A stretch of DNA of 64,000 nucleotides from Octopus vulgaris (GCA_951406725.2 OX597831.1:71734001-71798000), one strand, 5' to 3'; counted from the stretch's first letter, positions 39,308 to 53,303 are shown. The notes: generated by a model from the letters alone, not told the origin. Program-made: numbers and translations.

Positions 39308-39351
<44 letters not shown>

Positions 39352-40120
39352 TATGTTTCTGTGTGTATGTGTGTGTGTGTGTGGTTATGTGTGTGTTGAT
39401 TTCATTTCTGCTAACACTGACTTCAAGTTTGTAATTGCAGCCAATCACTCGGGCTCTTTATATTGAGCCTCGTCGCAGTTCATTTAGTTTCGTTCAGCGT
39501 CGGGCGGTCGTCTTAGGGCTGAGTGTTTGTGTATGCTGCATTGTGCACTTTTGTGTGTGTGTGTGCATATGTGTGTGGGGGGGGGTCGAAACATATCACA
39601 CGTTCTTTCAGCATCGTTCACATGCACCTGACTCGGGGCTCAGAAGTTACAGCCCGAGTTGTTATCTATAATCGTAAGAATTAAAAGTAATTCAAAGTCA
39701 AAGTTTTCTAGAAACAATAAATTTGTATAGAGATTAGGATTTAAATTCCAATCTTAAAGGAACGAAAATTCTTAAAAGAACGAAAATTTATCCAGCAACT
39801 CGGGCTAATACGGACGAGTCTGGTAGGTGTAAAAGAACTAACTGGCATCTCTTGTCAAGAGTACAGACGACAGTCAGATCGCTGATGATTGTTGTGCACT
39901 TCGCTGTCGTTATTTGATTGCTGTTATTCTGTGCGTCTGTGTGTGAAGATCAGTTGCGCTCTGCAGGGTTGCTTTATTTTTACCCTTAACTCAGAAATGG
40001 AGAAAAACATTGTGCTAGATATTTAAAAAAAAGCCATTGAGACTAGAAATATTGCGGAAAAACATGAAATTCTTCGAACAGGCATGTGTCTTATGCAAAA
40101 TCTGTGACGAGTGCGTCGCT

Positions 40121-40240
<120 letters not shown>

Positions 40241-40292
40241 ATATATATATGTATGTATATTATATGTATGTATGTATATATATATAAATATG

Positions 40293-40329
<37 letters not shown>

Positions 40330-41159
40330 GTACATATACATACACACACACACATGCACAAATATGTTACGTTATGTATATGTAATTTTGTGTGTGCGTG
40401 GGTGACTGTTTGCGTATGCTGTATTGTGCGCGCGCGTGTGTGTACGCGCGTGTGTGTGTGTGATTAATGACAGCCATTGTGTTGCGGTTGAACTTCCGAA
40501 TCGGTGCGGCGTACTAAATTCGGATTTACAGCCTCGTTTGTTAGTTAAGTTTTAAGAGTTTTTAAGTTGAACGATCATATCTAGAGGAGTGTCTCTCGAT
40601 CTCTCTCTTTCTCTCTCCGTCTCCCGCTCTCTTTCTCTCTCTCTCTCTCTCCATCTCCACTATCTCTCCCTCTCTCTCTATATATATATATATAGATAGA
40701 TATATAGATACATAGATAATCATATATGTGTATGTATTTATACATATATCTTATATATAGATGTATATGTATATAAGATATATGTATAAATACATACACA
40801 CATATGATTATCTATGAAGATTAGAGGCTTCGAATGACCCGTCCGTTTTTTGTGTCGTCTATTTGAGTGTTTTGCGTTCTTGTCCCATTTTGTATTTTTT
40901 TATGTATATTTTTTATACATATATATATATATATACATACATATGTGATATGCATACATAATATATGTATGTATGCATATATTATGTATGTGAGATAATA
41001 GTTTCACTTGAATAGTTTCAGTATTAAAGTGAAACTATTAAACTGAAAGTATATCACATTACGATAGAGCGATGTTGTTTCACTTTTGACACCTAAATGC
41101 TGAAATAGTTTAAGAGATAAGAGATTGCTCTGGGCTCGCATTACGCAAGAAGTTGAAAA

Positions 41160-41291
41160 TTCTGCAGGTACCCTAAATAAGGCATTTGTAAAATTTGAAT
41201 GAAATCGGTTGCATAGTTCTCGAGTTTTAGGGATTCACACAGACAGACACATAGACAGGCACACATTCTCAGTTTTATATATAGAGAGAGA
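41160..41291 (-). mobile_element. Helitron-like 5' end
   Basis: Minus strand A|TCTCTCTCTATATATAAAACTG followed by (TGTC)n, like 19920 and 61018. Confidence 0.55.
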
Positions 41292-41809
41292 TATCATGGG
41301 AGGTTAATGTGCCCATGTGCTTTTCTATAACGCACCTTAATTTGTACAAAGCTGAGACAAATATATTCTAAATTAATTAGTGAGTGAAATAATAAAGGGA
41401 AATGGGAAATTAAATAATTTCAGAACAATAATTATTGTCTATGAGGCAGAAAAAAAAAAAAAACAGATTGAAAAACTAGACCATTTCCGTAAAAAATAGG
41501 TGTGGTAAATGCTTGATGATTCCGGAAGCATCTAAGATTTCTACGACTTGCTACGGCATGTCGTCAGCGGTTGTGTAATGGGTAAGATGACCTGGTAGCC
41601 AGTCTTTTAAATCTGTGACTAGCGAGTATTCTATGTCAATGCTTTGCAGCACAAAATGAGAGTACGAGACGGTAGTTAACAAGAGCTAATTCCAAGGAGT
41701 TACTCTTTCATATCCTGAGAGCGCTTAAGAATGACATTGGCTGTGTGATTGAAACTTCGAAATCAAAAGGTGCTATTATAATTCTATGTTAATATATGTT
41801 CCATATAAA

Positions 41810-42660
41810 GGCGGCGAGCTGGCAGAATTCGTTAGCACGCCGGGCGAAATGCGTAGCCGTATTTCGTCTGCCGTTACGTTCTGAGTTCAAATTCCGCCGA
41901 GGTCGACTTTGCCTTTCATCCTTTTGAGGTCGATAAATTAAGTACCAGTTACGCACTGGGGTCGATGTAATCGACTTACTCCGTTTGTCCGTCCTTGTTT
42001 GTCCCCTCTGTGTTTAGCCCCTTGTGGGTAATAAAGAAATAAGTATTTCGTCTGTCTTTACGTTCTGTATTCAAATTCCGCTGAAGTCGACTTTGCCTTT
42101 CCTCCTTCCGGGGTCGATTAAATAAGTACCAGTTGAGCACTCTGGTCGATGAAATCGACTACCCTTCCCCTACATTGCTGGCCATGTGCCAAAATTTGAA
42201 ATCAATATATGTTCAAATGAGACGGTGAGTTGAGAGAATCGTTGGCACACGGGGAAAATGCTTAGCGGTATTTCGTCTGTCTTTACTTTCTGGGTTCAAA
42301 TGCTGCCGAGGTCGACTTAACCTTTTATCCTTTCAGAGTCATTAAAATAACTACCAGCTGAACACTGGAGTCGATGTAATCGACTTGCTCACTCACCCGA
42401 AATTACTGGCCTTGTGCCAAAATTTGAAATCAACATGTGTTTAAATACGACGGCAAGCTGACAAAATCGTAGGCACGCCGGGAAAAATGTTTGGTGGCAT
42501 TTCGTCCGTTTTTATATTTTGAGTTCAAATTTCTTCGAAGTCCACTTTACCTTTCAACTTTCGGGGTTGATAAAATAAGTACCAGTTGGGTACTATGGTC
42601 GATGCAATCGACTTAGCCTTTTCTCGAAATTGTTGGCCTAGTGCCAAAATTTGAAATGAA
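41810..42660 (+). mobile_element. Tandem array of four SINE family D units
   Basis: Central GTCGACTTTGCCTTTC-like block repeats near 41902, 42087, 42311, 42540; the last three units end GTGCCAAAATTTGAAAT. Confidence 0.85.
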
Positions 42661-42918
42661 AGTGTTTCAAATACCAGCTTAACCTATTTGATAGCTTATA
42701 TGACGCACTTTTTTCCCCCACGAACAAATATGTCAAAAACTCACCCCGTATCCATTAAGCAAAGTTGGGCTTACTATATGCTAATTTTTGTCCCTAACGC
42801 TCACTTTTTCCTGAATATGCGCTGCTGAAATTGGAATGCGTCTAATAGTCTCATGCATATTTTAAGCCATTATGAAAAACCTCAAATACTGTTATCATGT
42901 ATTTAATGTTATTTTAGT

Positions 42919-43059
42919 AGGTGTGGCTGCATGGTAAGCAGCTTACTTCCTTATCACATGCTTCCGGATTCAGTCCTACTACATGGAGCCTCTTGGGCAA
43001 GTGTCTGCTACAAAAGCCTTGTCAGTGAATTTGATGGACGGAAACTGAAAGAAGCCTAT

Positions 43060-43100
<41 letters not shown>

Positions 43101-43345
43101 TTATTTATATGTCTATGTGTGATTGTGTTTTTGTGTCTGTTTTTGTACCCTACTACCACTGTACAACCGGTGCTGGTGTGTTTATGTCCCCGTAACTTAG
43201 TGGTTCGGCAAAACACGAATAGAATAAGTACTAAGCTTTGAAAAGTCCTCGGGTCGATTTATTCGGTTAAAACCCTTCAAGGCGGTGCTCCAGCATGATC
43301 ACAGTCACATGACTGAAACAAGTAAAGAATAAAATATAAAAGAAA
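42919..43345 (+). mobile_element. SINE family A
   Basis: Diverged full-length copy. Confidence 0.85.
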
Positions 43346-43379
43346 AAGATTATTGAAACAAGGGCCAACTAAAATGACC

Positions 43380-43640
43380 CCCATCCACCAGATGCTTTCT
43401 TTCTGCTTAACTCATAGATCAATTTCCAATTTTCTTGGGCATTGAGTTTGCATCTGCTGCCTTGACTTGATCAGTCATACGGTCCAATTCCTCTTCTTCA
43501 ATGGTGACGTAGGCATTTTAAAAAATGGCTTTGGCAGTGTGTAATTCCAGCATGCGTCTCTCTTTAGGATTCTTTTGATAGTAATTAAATGTTCTTTGCC
43601 CATTCTTCCTTGCTGTAATAGCTTCCGTCACACATTCTGT
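43380..43640 (-). pseudogene. LINE ORF2 linker fragment (RTE-like)
   Basis: Minus strand reads AY...EEEELDRMTDQVKAAD...WKLIYELSRKK, resembling the endonuclease-RT linker; contains a stop and a frameshift. Confidence 0.45.
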
Positions 43641-43680
43641 AACTTCTTCAGCGACTTCCTGCCCCACCTGTCACTAAATG

Positions 43681-43987
43681 TTGTGTGTTAAGGGGCTTGC
43701 TTCTCAGCCACAAAGTTCTGTGTTCAATCCCATTACGCAGAACCCTGGGCAAGTACCTTCTACTATAGCCTCGGGACAACCAAAGCCTGGTGAATGGATT
43801 TGGTAGACGGAAACTGAAAGAAGCCCGTCAAACGGTATTGGTTTGTTTACGTCCCCGTAACTTAACGGTTTGACAAAACCGACCGATAGAATAAGAAAAA
43901 AGTTCTGGGTTTGATTTGTTTAACTAAAATCCGTCATTGCCCCAGGCCGGCTGTAGTCAAATGACTGAAACTAGTAAAAGATAAAAG
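43681..43987 (+). mobile_element. SINE family A lacking the microsatellite segment
   Basis: GAAAGAAGCCCGTC joined almost directly to GTTTACGTCCCCGTAAC. Confidence 0.8.
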
Positions 43988-44015
43988 GTGTATACATGTG
44001 TGTGTGTGTGTGCAT

Positions 44016-44063
<48 letters not shown>

Positions 44064-44427
44064 GTATGTGTGCATATATATACATATATATCGGTTCAAT
44101 TTGAGTGTCGAAGAAAAGAATTCTCGATACCACAGTAGAAATGAACAGGGTCTTGTTTCCGTCGAGTCAGTTTCGTGTTACTCAGAGTTTCGTCTGTCGG
44201 AGGCATCGTGTTTTAAGACAAGCTATGACTGAAGAAACGATGGTGTTTGCATATCTCTGTATGGGATACCTGAGTCTCTTTTTCTCTTTTCTGTTTTTTC
44301 TGCTTTCTTTTCTTCTTTTTTCCTTCCTTTTCTTTTCCTTTTCCATCTGTTTCTCTCCCTTTTTCCATTTATCTTTTTCCCCTGTACCATCATGCCCCTA
44401 CAGCCAAAATATAATGCTACACACACA

Positions 44428-44481
<54 letters not shown>

Positions 44482-44589
44482 CACACACACGCAGACCCTT
44501 TTAATCCCCTTGCATGTCCTGCCCGCTTTATACCCTACCATCATGTCGGGTTGCTACTTAAAACAAATCTCTTAAGACGGCCAATTTCC

Positions 44590-44790
44590 AGAATCGATAA
44601 CACGAAGGCTAAACTGCTAAACGGCATTTAGTCGGTCTTTACGTTCTGAGCTGAAATTCTGCCGGAGTGGACTTTGTCGTTCATCCTTACGGAGTCGATA
44701 AAATAAGCGCCAGTCTAGTACTGGAGTCGGTGATATCGATTAGCCCTCTCGCCCTAAATATTTCAGGCCTACTGCCAATAGCAGAAAAAA
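44590..44790 (+). mobile_element. SINE family D, diverged
   Basis: GACTTTGTCGTTCATCCTTACGGAGTCGATAAAATAAG. Confidence 0.65.
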
Positions 44791-44801
44791 TTTATGGCAA
44801 A

Positions 44802-45204
44802 TGAGTGGCTGTGTGGTAAGCAGCCTGTTTACCAACCACATGGCTCCGGGTTCAGTCCCACTGCGTGGCACCTTGGGCAAGTGTCTTCTACTATAGCCTC
44901 GGGCCGACCAAAGCCTTGTGAGTGGATTTGGTAGACGGAAACTGGAAGAAGCCCGTCGTATATATGTATATATATATATAAGTGTGTGTGTTTGTGTGTC
45001 TGTGTTTGTCCCCCTAGCATTGCTTGACAACCGATGCTGGTGTGTTTATGTCCCCGTTACTTAGCGGTTCGGCAAAAGAGACCGATAGAATAAGTACTGG
45101 GCTTACAAAAGAATAAGTCCCGGGGTCGAGTTGTTCGATTAAAGGCGGTGCTCCAGCATGGCCGCAGTCAAAATGACTGAAACAAGTAAAAGAGTAAAAG
45201 AGTA
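44802..45204 (+). mobile_element. SINE family A
   Basis: Near-consensus copy. Confidence 0.9.
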
Positions 45205-45367
45205 ACCCGTCTTTCTCAACCCTGAATGAAGAAGTGAACAGTTGCAATCATATCACAGGTAGGTTTACCTATTTCTGTTTAAGTGTATGCTTTAGATTCA
45301 TTCTGTCCTTGTGTTTCTGGCAAAGCTATTTATTCATCATAGCCTCCACAGTGATATATAAATCATA

Positions 45368-45754
45368 GGAGGCGCAATGGTCCAGTGGTTAGGGCAGCGG
45401 ACTCGCGGTCGGAGGATCGCGGTTTCGATTCTCAGACCGGGCATTGCGAGTGTTTATTGAGCGAAAACACCTAAAGCTCCACGAGGCTCCGGCAAGGGAT
45501 GGTGGTGATCCCTGCTGTACTCTTTCACCACAACTTTCTCTCACTCTTACTTTCTGTTTCTGTTGTACCTGTATTTCAAAGGGCCGGCCTTGTCACTATC
45601 TGTGTCACGCTGAATATCCTCGAGAACTACGTTAAGGGTGCACGTGTCTGTGGAGTGCTCAGCCACTTACACGTTAATTTCACGAGCAGGCTGTTCCATT
45701 GATTCGGATCAACCGGAACCCTCGTCGTCGTAACCGACGGAGTGCTTCCATCCA
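45368..45754 (+). mobile_element. Chimeric SINE: family B head with tail 2
   Basis: Head matches the 280 copy; tail GTACCTGTATTTCAAAGGGCC...CACGAGCAGGCTGTTC matches the 8305 copy. Confidence 0.85.
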
Positions 45755-46111
45755 TATAAATCATGGTAAATACTCCCAAGATATAGTGCCTCGATTAGAC
45801 GAATAAAGGTGAGCGCTGTAAAGTTCCTGTGTGCCAAGTTTAACATATATATATATAGGGGGGAAAGGGATGCACGCGCGCACCCAGGTACATACACACA
45901 AATTTACGCACACCAACCCATAAATAAGCACCTTAGCACCCCCGTCTCAAAGATATATAAGCTCGCGGCTCGTTCAACTCGTTCAACTTTGCTATTAACC
46001 TTTAATCCGCCATACTCCCGCCACAAGTCGTCTTATTTATTTACATACGCTGTCACGCCCCTCCTCACGTACATACACAACACTCACGTATATACACATA
46101 CATACATACCT

Positions 46112-46192
<81 letters not shown>

Positions 46193-46204
46193 TATATATA
46201 TATG

Positions 46205-46253
<49 letters not shown>

Positions 46254-46269
46254 GTATATGTATATATAA

Positions 46270-46332
<63 letters not shown>

Positions 46333-46354
46333 CATACATATATATATATATATG

Positions 46355-46389
<35 letters not shown>

Positions 46390-47193
46390 CTGCATGTACA
46401 TACCTACGCACACATACATACATACATACATACATACATACATGTGTGTGTGTGTATGTGTGTGTATACATATGTACATTGCGCCGATAACTATAGCAGA
46501 TCGAATTACATTAGTTGTATGGAGATATCAGATAACCCTTGGCTATTTGAATTAAATTTTGAGATCTAATCTGTCACTTGGTAGTATCTGATGATTCCAT
46601 GAAGATGAATCCAGAGTCCTTTTTTATCGTATTTCGACAGCGTGTGTGTGTGTGTGTGTGTGATGTGGCGGTGGGAGCGGAGAAGATGTGGGAGTATTCG
46701 GTGCAAAGGGGAAAATGAAATAAATTGAGTTGCTGGAGTTTGACGTAAAACACATGGCTGAAGAAGCCTCTTACGACCTTATGGTGCTGTGACATATAAA
46801 AGCACACACATGCACATACATAGACACAGACATACCCACACATACACAGTCATGCATACACACACACACACACAACGCCCACGCACAAACAGATGCATGC
46901 AAGCATAACACATACACACAGAAGCACGCATACGAGCACTCTCTTCATATCTATGTAAAGGCAACGTACACATAGGCGTTTATACACGTTTTATATATTC
47001 TAAATACACACACACATATATGTAGATGCGTGTGTGTGTGTGTATGCAAACCTACAAATACACACACACACGCATATACACACAGACATGCACACAGATA
47101 CATATATACTTTTTTTAAATATGAATGGTAGAAAATTACAAAAGTGACTTAAAGACATATAGTTTCAAGATTGATACTGGTTGAAAATATTGG

Positions 47194-47224
<31 letters not shown>

Positions 47225-47244
47225 TATATATACGTGTGTGTGTG

Positions 47245-47661
47245 TAGGAGTGGCTGTGTGGTAAGTAGCTTGTTTACCAACCACATGGCTCCGGGTTCAG
47301 TCCCACTGCGTGACACCTTCGGCAAGTGTCTTCTGCTATAGCCCCGGGCCGACCAAAGCTTTGTGAGTGGATTTGGTAGACGGAAACTGAAAAGAAGCCC
47401 GTTGTATATATGTTTATATATATATATATATGCGTGTGTATTTCTGTGTCTGTGTTTGTCCCCCTAGCATTGCTTGACAACCGATGCTAGTGTGTTTATG
47501 TCCCCGTTACTTAGCGGTTCGGCAAAAGAGACCGATAGAATAAGTACTGGGCTTACAAAAAGAATAAGACCCGGAGTCGAGCTGCTCGACTAAAGGCGGT
47601 GCTTCAGCATGGCCGCAGTCAAATGACAGAAACAAGTAAAAGAGTAAAAGAGTAAAAGAGT
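47245..47661 (+). mobile_element. SINE family A
   Basis: Near-consensus copy. Confidence 0.9.
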
Positions 47662-47706
47662 ATATATATATTATATACATGCGTGTGTGTACATATATAT
47701 ATATAT

Positions 47707-48067
47707 GGGTGTGTGGTAAGTAGTTTGCTTTCCAACCACATGGTTCCGGGTTCAGTTCCACAGAGTGGCACCTTGGGCCGACCAAAGCCTTGTGAGTGGA
47801 TTTGGTAGACAGAAACTGAAAGAAGCCCGTAGTATATATGTATATATATATATGTATGTGTATATATTTCTGTCCCTGTGTTTGTCCCCGCATCATCGCA
47901 TGACAACCGATGCTGGTGTGTTTACGTCCCCGTAACTTAGCGGTTCGGTAAAAGAGACTTATAAAATAAGTATTAGGCTTACAAAGAATAAGTCCTCGGG
48001 TCGATTTGCTCGACTAAAGGCGGTGCTCCAGCATGACGACAGTCAAATGATTGAAACAAGTAAAAGT
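47707..48067 (+). mobile_element. SINE family A
   Basis: Second adjacent copy with a small internal deletion. Confidence 0.9.
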
Positions 48068-48459
48068 GAGCAAAGAAAGAAAAAAAGAGAGTATATATAT
48101 ATATATATATATACTATGTATGTATATATATATATATATATATATTCACACGTAATGGAGTTCTAATTCTCTTGTCTGTCCTCTCTTGCATATGCATGTG
48201 CCTGTCTTTGAATGCATCAAAATATGTATGTTTGTATATCTGTAGGAATATATGTATGTCTGTAATCAGTTTTATTTCTAGATTTCTTGCCAATAGAAAA
48301 AGAGATGCAAGTCTCAACAACAGTGTATGTATGTATGTATGTATGTATGTATGTATGTATGTATGTATGTATGTATGTTTGTATGTATGTTTGTATGTAT
48401 GTGTGTATGTATGTATGTATGTAGGTATGTATGTATGTACGCATGTATGTACGTATATG

Positions 48460-48884
48460 TTCAGATTTGTATATTCTTTTATATGTATGTATTCTCATGC
48501 ATATAGTTGCATATCTAGACATGCTCATATATATTAAAAATGTTAAACCTCTGGAAAGTTTTACAGATTTTTACGGTTCCAGTGATGGATTGGATCTGTA
48601 GTCTTTGAATTAGCGTTATCCTTTCTGGTTTAGAGAAGCCTAATTTTTCAAGATTGGTATTTAGATAGTGTGTTACATATCCCGGGGCCCCAATAATTAC
48701 AGGTATAAACTTGCACTTATAATCTGGGTAGAGAAATTGCGATTTCTCAATAGTTCAGCGTAGGTATTCTTTTTTTCACTGATCTTAAACTTTATGCTAA
48801 CAACCGCTGGGCAGCTAATTTCCACAACTGTACACATTTTCTCATGTCTATCAGGTCTGTTATGCTTACATTTTGCTTACTAGG
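48460..48884 (-). pseudogene. 5'-truncated R4/Dong-type non-LTR element (REL endonuclease C-terminus and 3' UTR)
   Basis: Minus strand KCKHNRPD...CTVVEISCP...KNTYAELLRN...IPVIIG; bounded by (CATA)n on both sides. Confidence 0.8.
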
Positions 48885-49365
48885 TATGCATGTATGTATG
48901 TATGTATGTATGTATGTATGTATGTATGTATGTATGTATGTATGTATGTATGTATGTATGTATGTATGTATGTATGTATGTATGTATGCATGTATGTATG
49001 TATGTATGTATGTATGTATGTATGTATGTATGTATGCATGTATGCATGTATGCATGTATGTATGTATGTATGTATTATGTATGTATGTATGTATGTATGT
49101 ATGTATGTATGTATGTATGTATGTATGTATGCATGTATGCATGTATGCATGTATGTATGTATGTATGTATGTATGTATGTATGTATGTATGTATGTATGT
49201 ATGTATGTATGTATGTATGTATGTATGTATGTATGTATGTATGTATGTATGTATGTATGTATGTATGTATGTATGTATGTATGTATGTATGTATGTATGT
49301 ATGTATGTATGCATGTATGTATGTATGTATGTATGTATGTATGTATGTATGTATGTATGTATGTG
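48885..49365. repeat. About 480-bp (TATG)n microsatellite
   Basis: Direct reading. Confidence 0.95.
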
Positions 49366-49510
49366 TGTATGCATGTATAAATATAGGTGAGTGTGTGTGT
49401 GTATACATATATACATAGGCGTAGCTATGTGGTAAAGAGGTGGCTTCTCAACTACATGGTTGTGGGTTCAGTCCCACTGCGTGACACCTTGGGCAAATGT
49501 CTCCTACTAT

Positions 49511-50200
49511 ATGTTCTTAAGCTCTATGAAGAAACCAAAGGTTTACAACTGAAAAAGGCAACTGGTAGACCACGTAAAACCACAATGCGAGATGATCAAG
49601 CCATGAAACGGTACCTATTGAAGGGTCCATTTGAGACTGCAGCTGGAATATCTAAGAAAATAAAAGTAAATAGTGGTACGGAAGTTAGCCGCTTTACAGT
49701 GTCTCGTCGTCAGAAGGAATTTAGATGAAAGGCTTTTCCCCGGCAATGAAACTTACCATCAGCAAGAAGAACAAATTGCAAAGACTTTCATTTTCAGAAG
49801 CCCATGTGAACTGGAAGGATGAAAATTGGTCTAAAGTTGATTTTTAGCAATGAAAACAAATTCAGTTTAGTAGGTTCAGATGGTAGACAGTTATGTTAGG
49901 CGTTTCACAGGAGATCGGCTAAAATCCAAATGCTTGAAGAAATCTGCCAAGTTTGGAGGAGGAAGCGTCATGGTGTGGGGAATGATTTCAACTGTGCATT
50001 TTCCTGCAAGTTAACGCCCCTTGTCATACTGCAAAGCGTGTCACTGGATTCTTCGGTGAACAAAGTATCCAAGTAATGAAGTGGCAAGCACAAAGTTCAG
50101 ACTTAAATCCAATTGGAAACCTTTGGAAAATACTTGGAGACAAAGTAACACAAAGGGCACCAACTTCTACGACGAATTTATGGGAGATATTGAAACACGA
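49511..50200 (+). pseudogene. Tc1 (DD34E-like) transposase fragment between SINE A pieces
   Basis: TGRPRKTT; FSNENKF; KFGGGSVMVWG; NAPCHTAK; WQAQSSDLNPIGNLW; stops and frameshifts; no TIRs seen. Confidence 0.85.
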
Positions 50201-50209
50201 ATGACTTAT

Positions 50210-50497
50210 ACAAGAAACTTGGTTCCGAAACACATGGTCCTCATTTCAGTCCCATTGTGTGATAACTTGGCATGTGTCTTCTTCTATAGCCTCAGACCAA
50301 CCAAAGCCTTGTCAGTGGATTTTGTAGACAGAAACTGAAAGAAATCAATTGTATATATAAGTATGTATATATGTAAGTCTATGTGTGTGTCTTTGTGTTT
50401 CTCCATCATCACTGCTTCACAACTAGTGTTCGTTTATTAACATTCCCATAACTTACTGGTGTCACAAGAAGAAACTGATAGAATAAGTACCAGGCTT
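50210..50497 (+). mobile_element. SINE family A, diverged
   Basis: TCTATAGCCTCAGACCAACCAAAGCCTTG block. Confidence 0.75.
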
Positions 50498-50604
50498 ATC
50501 AAAATAAAAAAAACCCACTAGGCATTGTCTCATTTTTGTTTGCCCACTCAGTTGTATCTATCAATTTATTTTTATGTGTGTGTGTGTGTATACATATACA
50601 TACA

Positions 50605-50699
<95 letters not shown>

Positions 50700-51242
50700 G
50701 GAACGTGTAATGTCCTGTGGTAATTGATGTGCAAAGGGGATCTCCAACAAAGGTCTACAAACATCGTACTAACTGTATTAAGTTCATATTTACATTTCTT
50801 TCAATCATTTTTATGGCTTTGATTTCATTGAAGCATTTTTAGTTTGATCGTTCTCGTATTTTTCACATGAGACATTTGGACGAAACTAGTATTAGTGTTA
50901 TTAAATTTTATTCAGACAATTGTACAACCTTAGATTTTTTTCCCAGAATTTAGCTGATGGTTAACCGTATTTATGAAACCAATTGCGAATTTGTACGTTT
51001 ACTAGTTTTTTCCAAAATTAAAAAAAATATTAATCGTTCTCTTTTTTTGCTCAATAATATATATATTTATGTGTGTGCATGTGTCTTTCTCTCTATGTTA
51101 ACCCCACCCCACCCCACCCCGCCACATTACGGCTTGACAACGGGTGTTGACGTGTTTATGTCCCCGTATCATAGTGGTTCGGCTAAAGAGACTGATAGAA
51201 TAAGTACTAGGCTTTAAAAAATAGGGCACACAAACACACATG

Positions 51243-51247
51243 TATGC

Positions 51248-51280
<33 letters not shown>

Positions 51281-51454
51281 TGTATGTATGTATGTATGTA
51301 TGTATGTATTTACGTATGTATGTATGTATGTATGTATGTAAGTATGTATGTACGTACGTATGTATGTATGTACGTACGTATGTATGTATGTATGTATGTA
51401 TGTATGTATGTATGTATGTATGTATTGATGTATTAATGTATGTACGTATGTATG

Positions 51455-51485
<31 letters not shown>

Positions 51486-51598
51486 GTATTTATGTACATA
51501 CGTATGTATGTATGTATGTACGTACGTATGTATGTATATATGTATGTATGTATGTACGTACGTACGTATCTATGTATGTATGTATGTATGTATGTATG

Positions 51599-51629
<31 letters not shown>

Positions 51630-51670
51630 GTATGTATGTACGTATGTATGCATGTATGTATGCTTGTATG
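51243..51670. repeat. (TATG)n/(TACG)n microsatellite
   Basis: Direct reading. Confidence 0.95.
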
Positions 51671-52301
51671 AATGTATATGTAGGTATATAAGATATTCCA
51701 ATTTAGATTAACCGATAAGCATACAATTTTAGCTTATCTGTGAAAGTAAAACGGTTGCACCAATGGTTTTATTTTTTCTCGGGCAAAAAAGATTGGAATA
51801 GTCTTTTCATCATAGAAAATTACCCATTTACTCTATACAGAGAGAAATTAGTTTTTTGTTTTTTTTTACTATTTACATCGTAAAGAAAAAAATGTTTCGG
51901 CTAAAGTGATCAATTTAATACACATCACAGTAAGCTGTACTGATTATATAGATTCGTTAATTCATTCAGAGTGTACTACGGTTTCAAAATGTTTGCAATG
52001 TAAATTATATCTTTTTTTTTATAAACATATTGTATCACATTCGCTTAGAAACCTAAACAAAATAATTATACCATAGATTATATTACTCTATTAATAAAAA
52101 AAGATTTAAGTGATCTATGTGACATTTTGCTAATTATGAGTGTCCAAAGGTGAAAAAAAAACGGTTTTATATATCTTTGCGGCTGAGAAAATGGCATTTT
52201 TTGTGAAGAGTTTTGAGTTTCCTGAAATCTTTATCAACATCATTTATTAATGAAAGTATCCCTAACTTCTGTCCACAACGGATATCAGAAGGATCGAGCT
52301 A

Positions 52302-52338
<37 letters not shown>

Positions 52339-52521
52339 CTGCGTCTGTGTCTCTGTGTGTACGTACGTACGTATGTATGTACGTATGTACATACGTATGC
52401 GTGTATATATGTATGGCATTATTCAGTTTTATTTCAAAATTTCTTGCCAATACAGAAACAGTCGATTTCTAGCCTAGATCCAAGAATTTCAACATCTACA
52501 GCAGGGTATTTTTGTTTGTAT

Positions 52522-52734
52522 ACTCTTTACTCTTTTACTCTTTTACTTGTTTCAGTCATTTGACTATGGCCATGCTGGAGCACCGCCTTTAGTCGAGCAA
52601 ATCGACCCCGGGACTTATTCTTTGTAAGCCCAGTACTCATTCTATCGGTCTCTTTTGCCGAACCGCTAAGTGACGGGGACGTAAACACCTAGCATCGGTC
52701 GTTAAGCAATGCTAGGGGGACAAACACAGACACA

Positions 52735-52824
<90 letters not shown>

Positions 52825-52995
52825 CATATATACGACAGGCTTCTTTCAGTTTCCGTCTACCAAATCCACTCACAAGGCATTGGTCGGCCCGGGGCTATAG
52901 CAGAAGACACTTGCCCAAGATGCCACGCAGTGGGACTGAACCCGGAACCATGTGGTTGGTTAGCAAGCTACTTACCACACAGCCACTCCCGCGCC
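52522..52995 (-). mobile_element. SINE family A
   Basis: Full-length reverse-complement copy. Confidence 0.9.
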
Positions 52996-52999
52996 TGTA

Positions 53000-53303
53000 T
53001 GTATGTATATGTGCAGATTTGTATGTTTTGTTTCATGCATGCATATCTAGACATATTTAAATGATGAACTTCTGGAGAGTTTTACAGATTTCCACAGTTC
53101 CAGTGATGGACTGGATTTGAAATCTTCGAATTAGCTTTCTCCTCTCTGAATTTGAGGACCCTAATTTCTCAAGATTGGCATTTATGCAGTGTGTTACATA
53201 TCCCAGAGCCCCGATAGTTACAGGTATAAACCTGAACTTGTAATTTGGATAGAGTAACTGCAAATTTCTCAATAGTTCAGCGTATGTATTCTCTTTTACA
53301 CTG
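53000..53303 (-). pseudogene. 5'-truncated R4/Dong-type non-LTR element 3' end
   Basis: KENTYAELLRNLQLLYPNYKFRFIPVTIGALG...QSITGTVEICKTLQKFII*; homologous to the 48460 copy; flanked by (CATA)n. Confidence 0.8.

Noticed and set aside
41810-42660. CRISPR-like repeat-spacer appearance
   Set aside because: Units are about 200-bp SINE copies in a eukaryotic context, with no unique spacers or cas genes
46590-46620. CTGATGA hammerhead core word
   Set aside because: No GAAA, stem III or stem I partner follows
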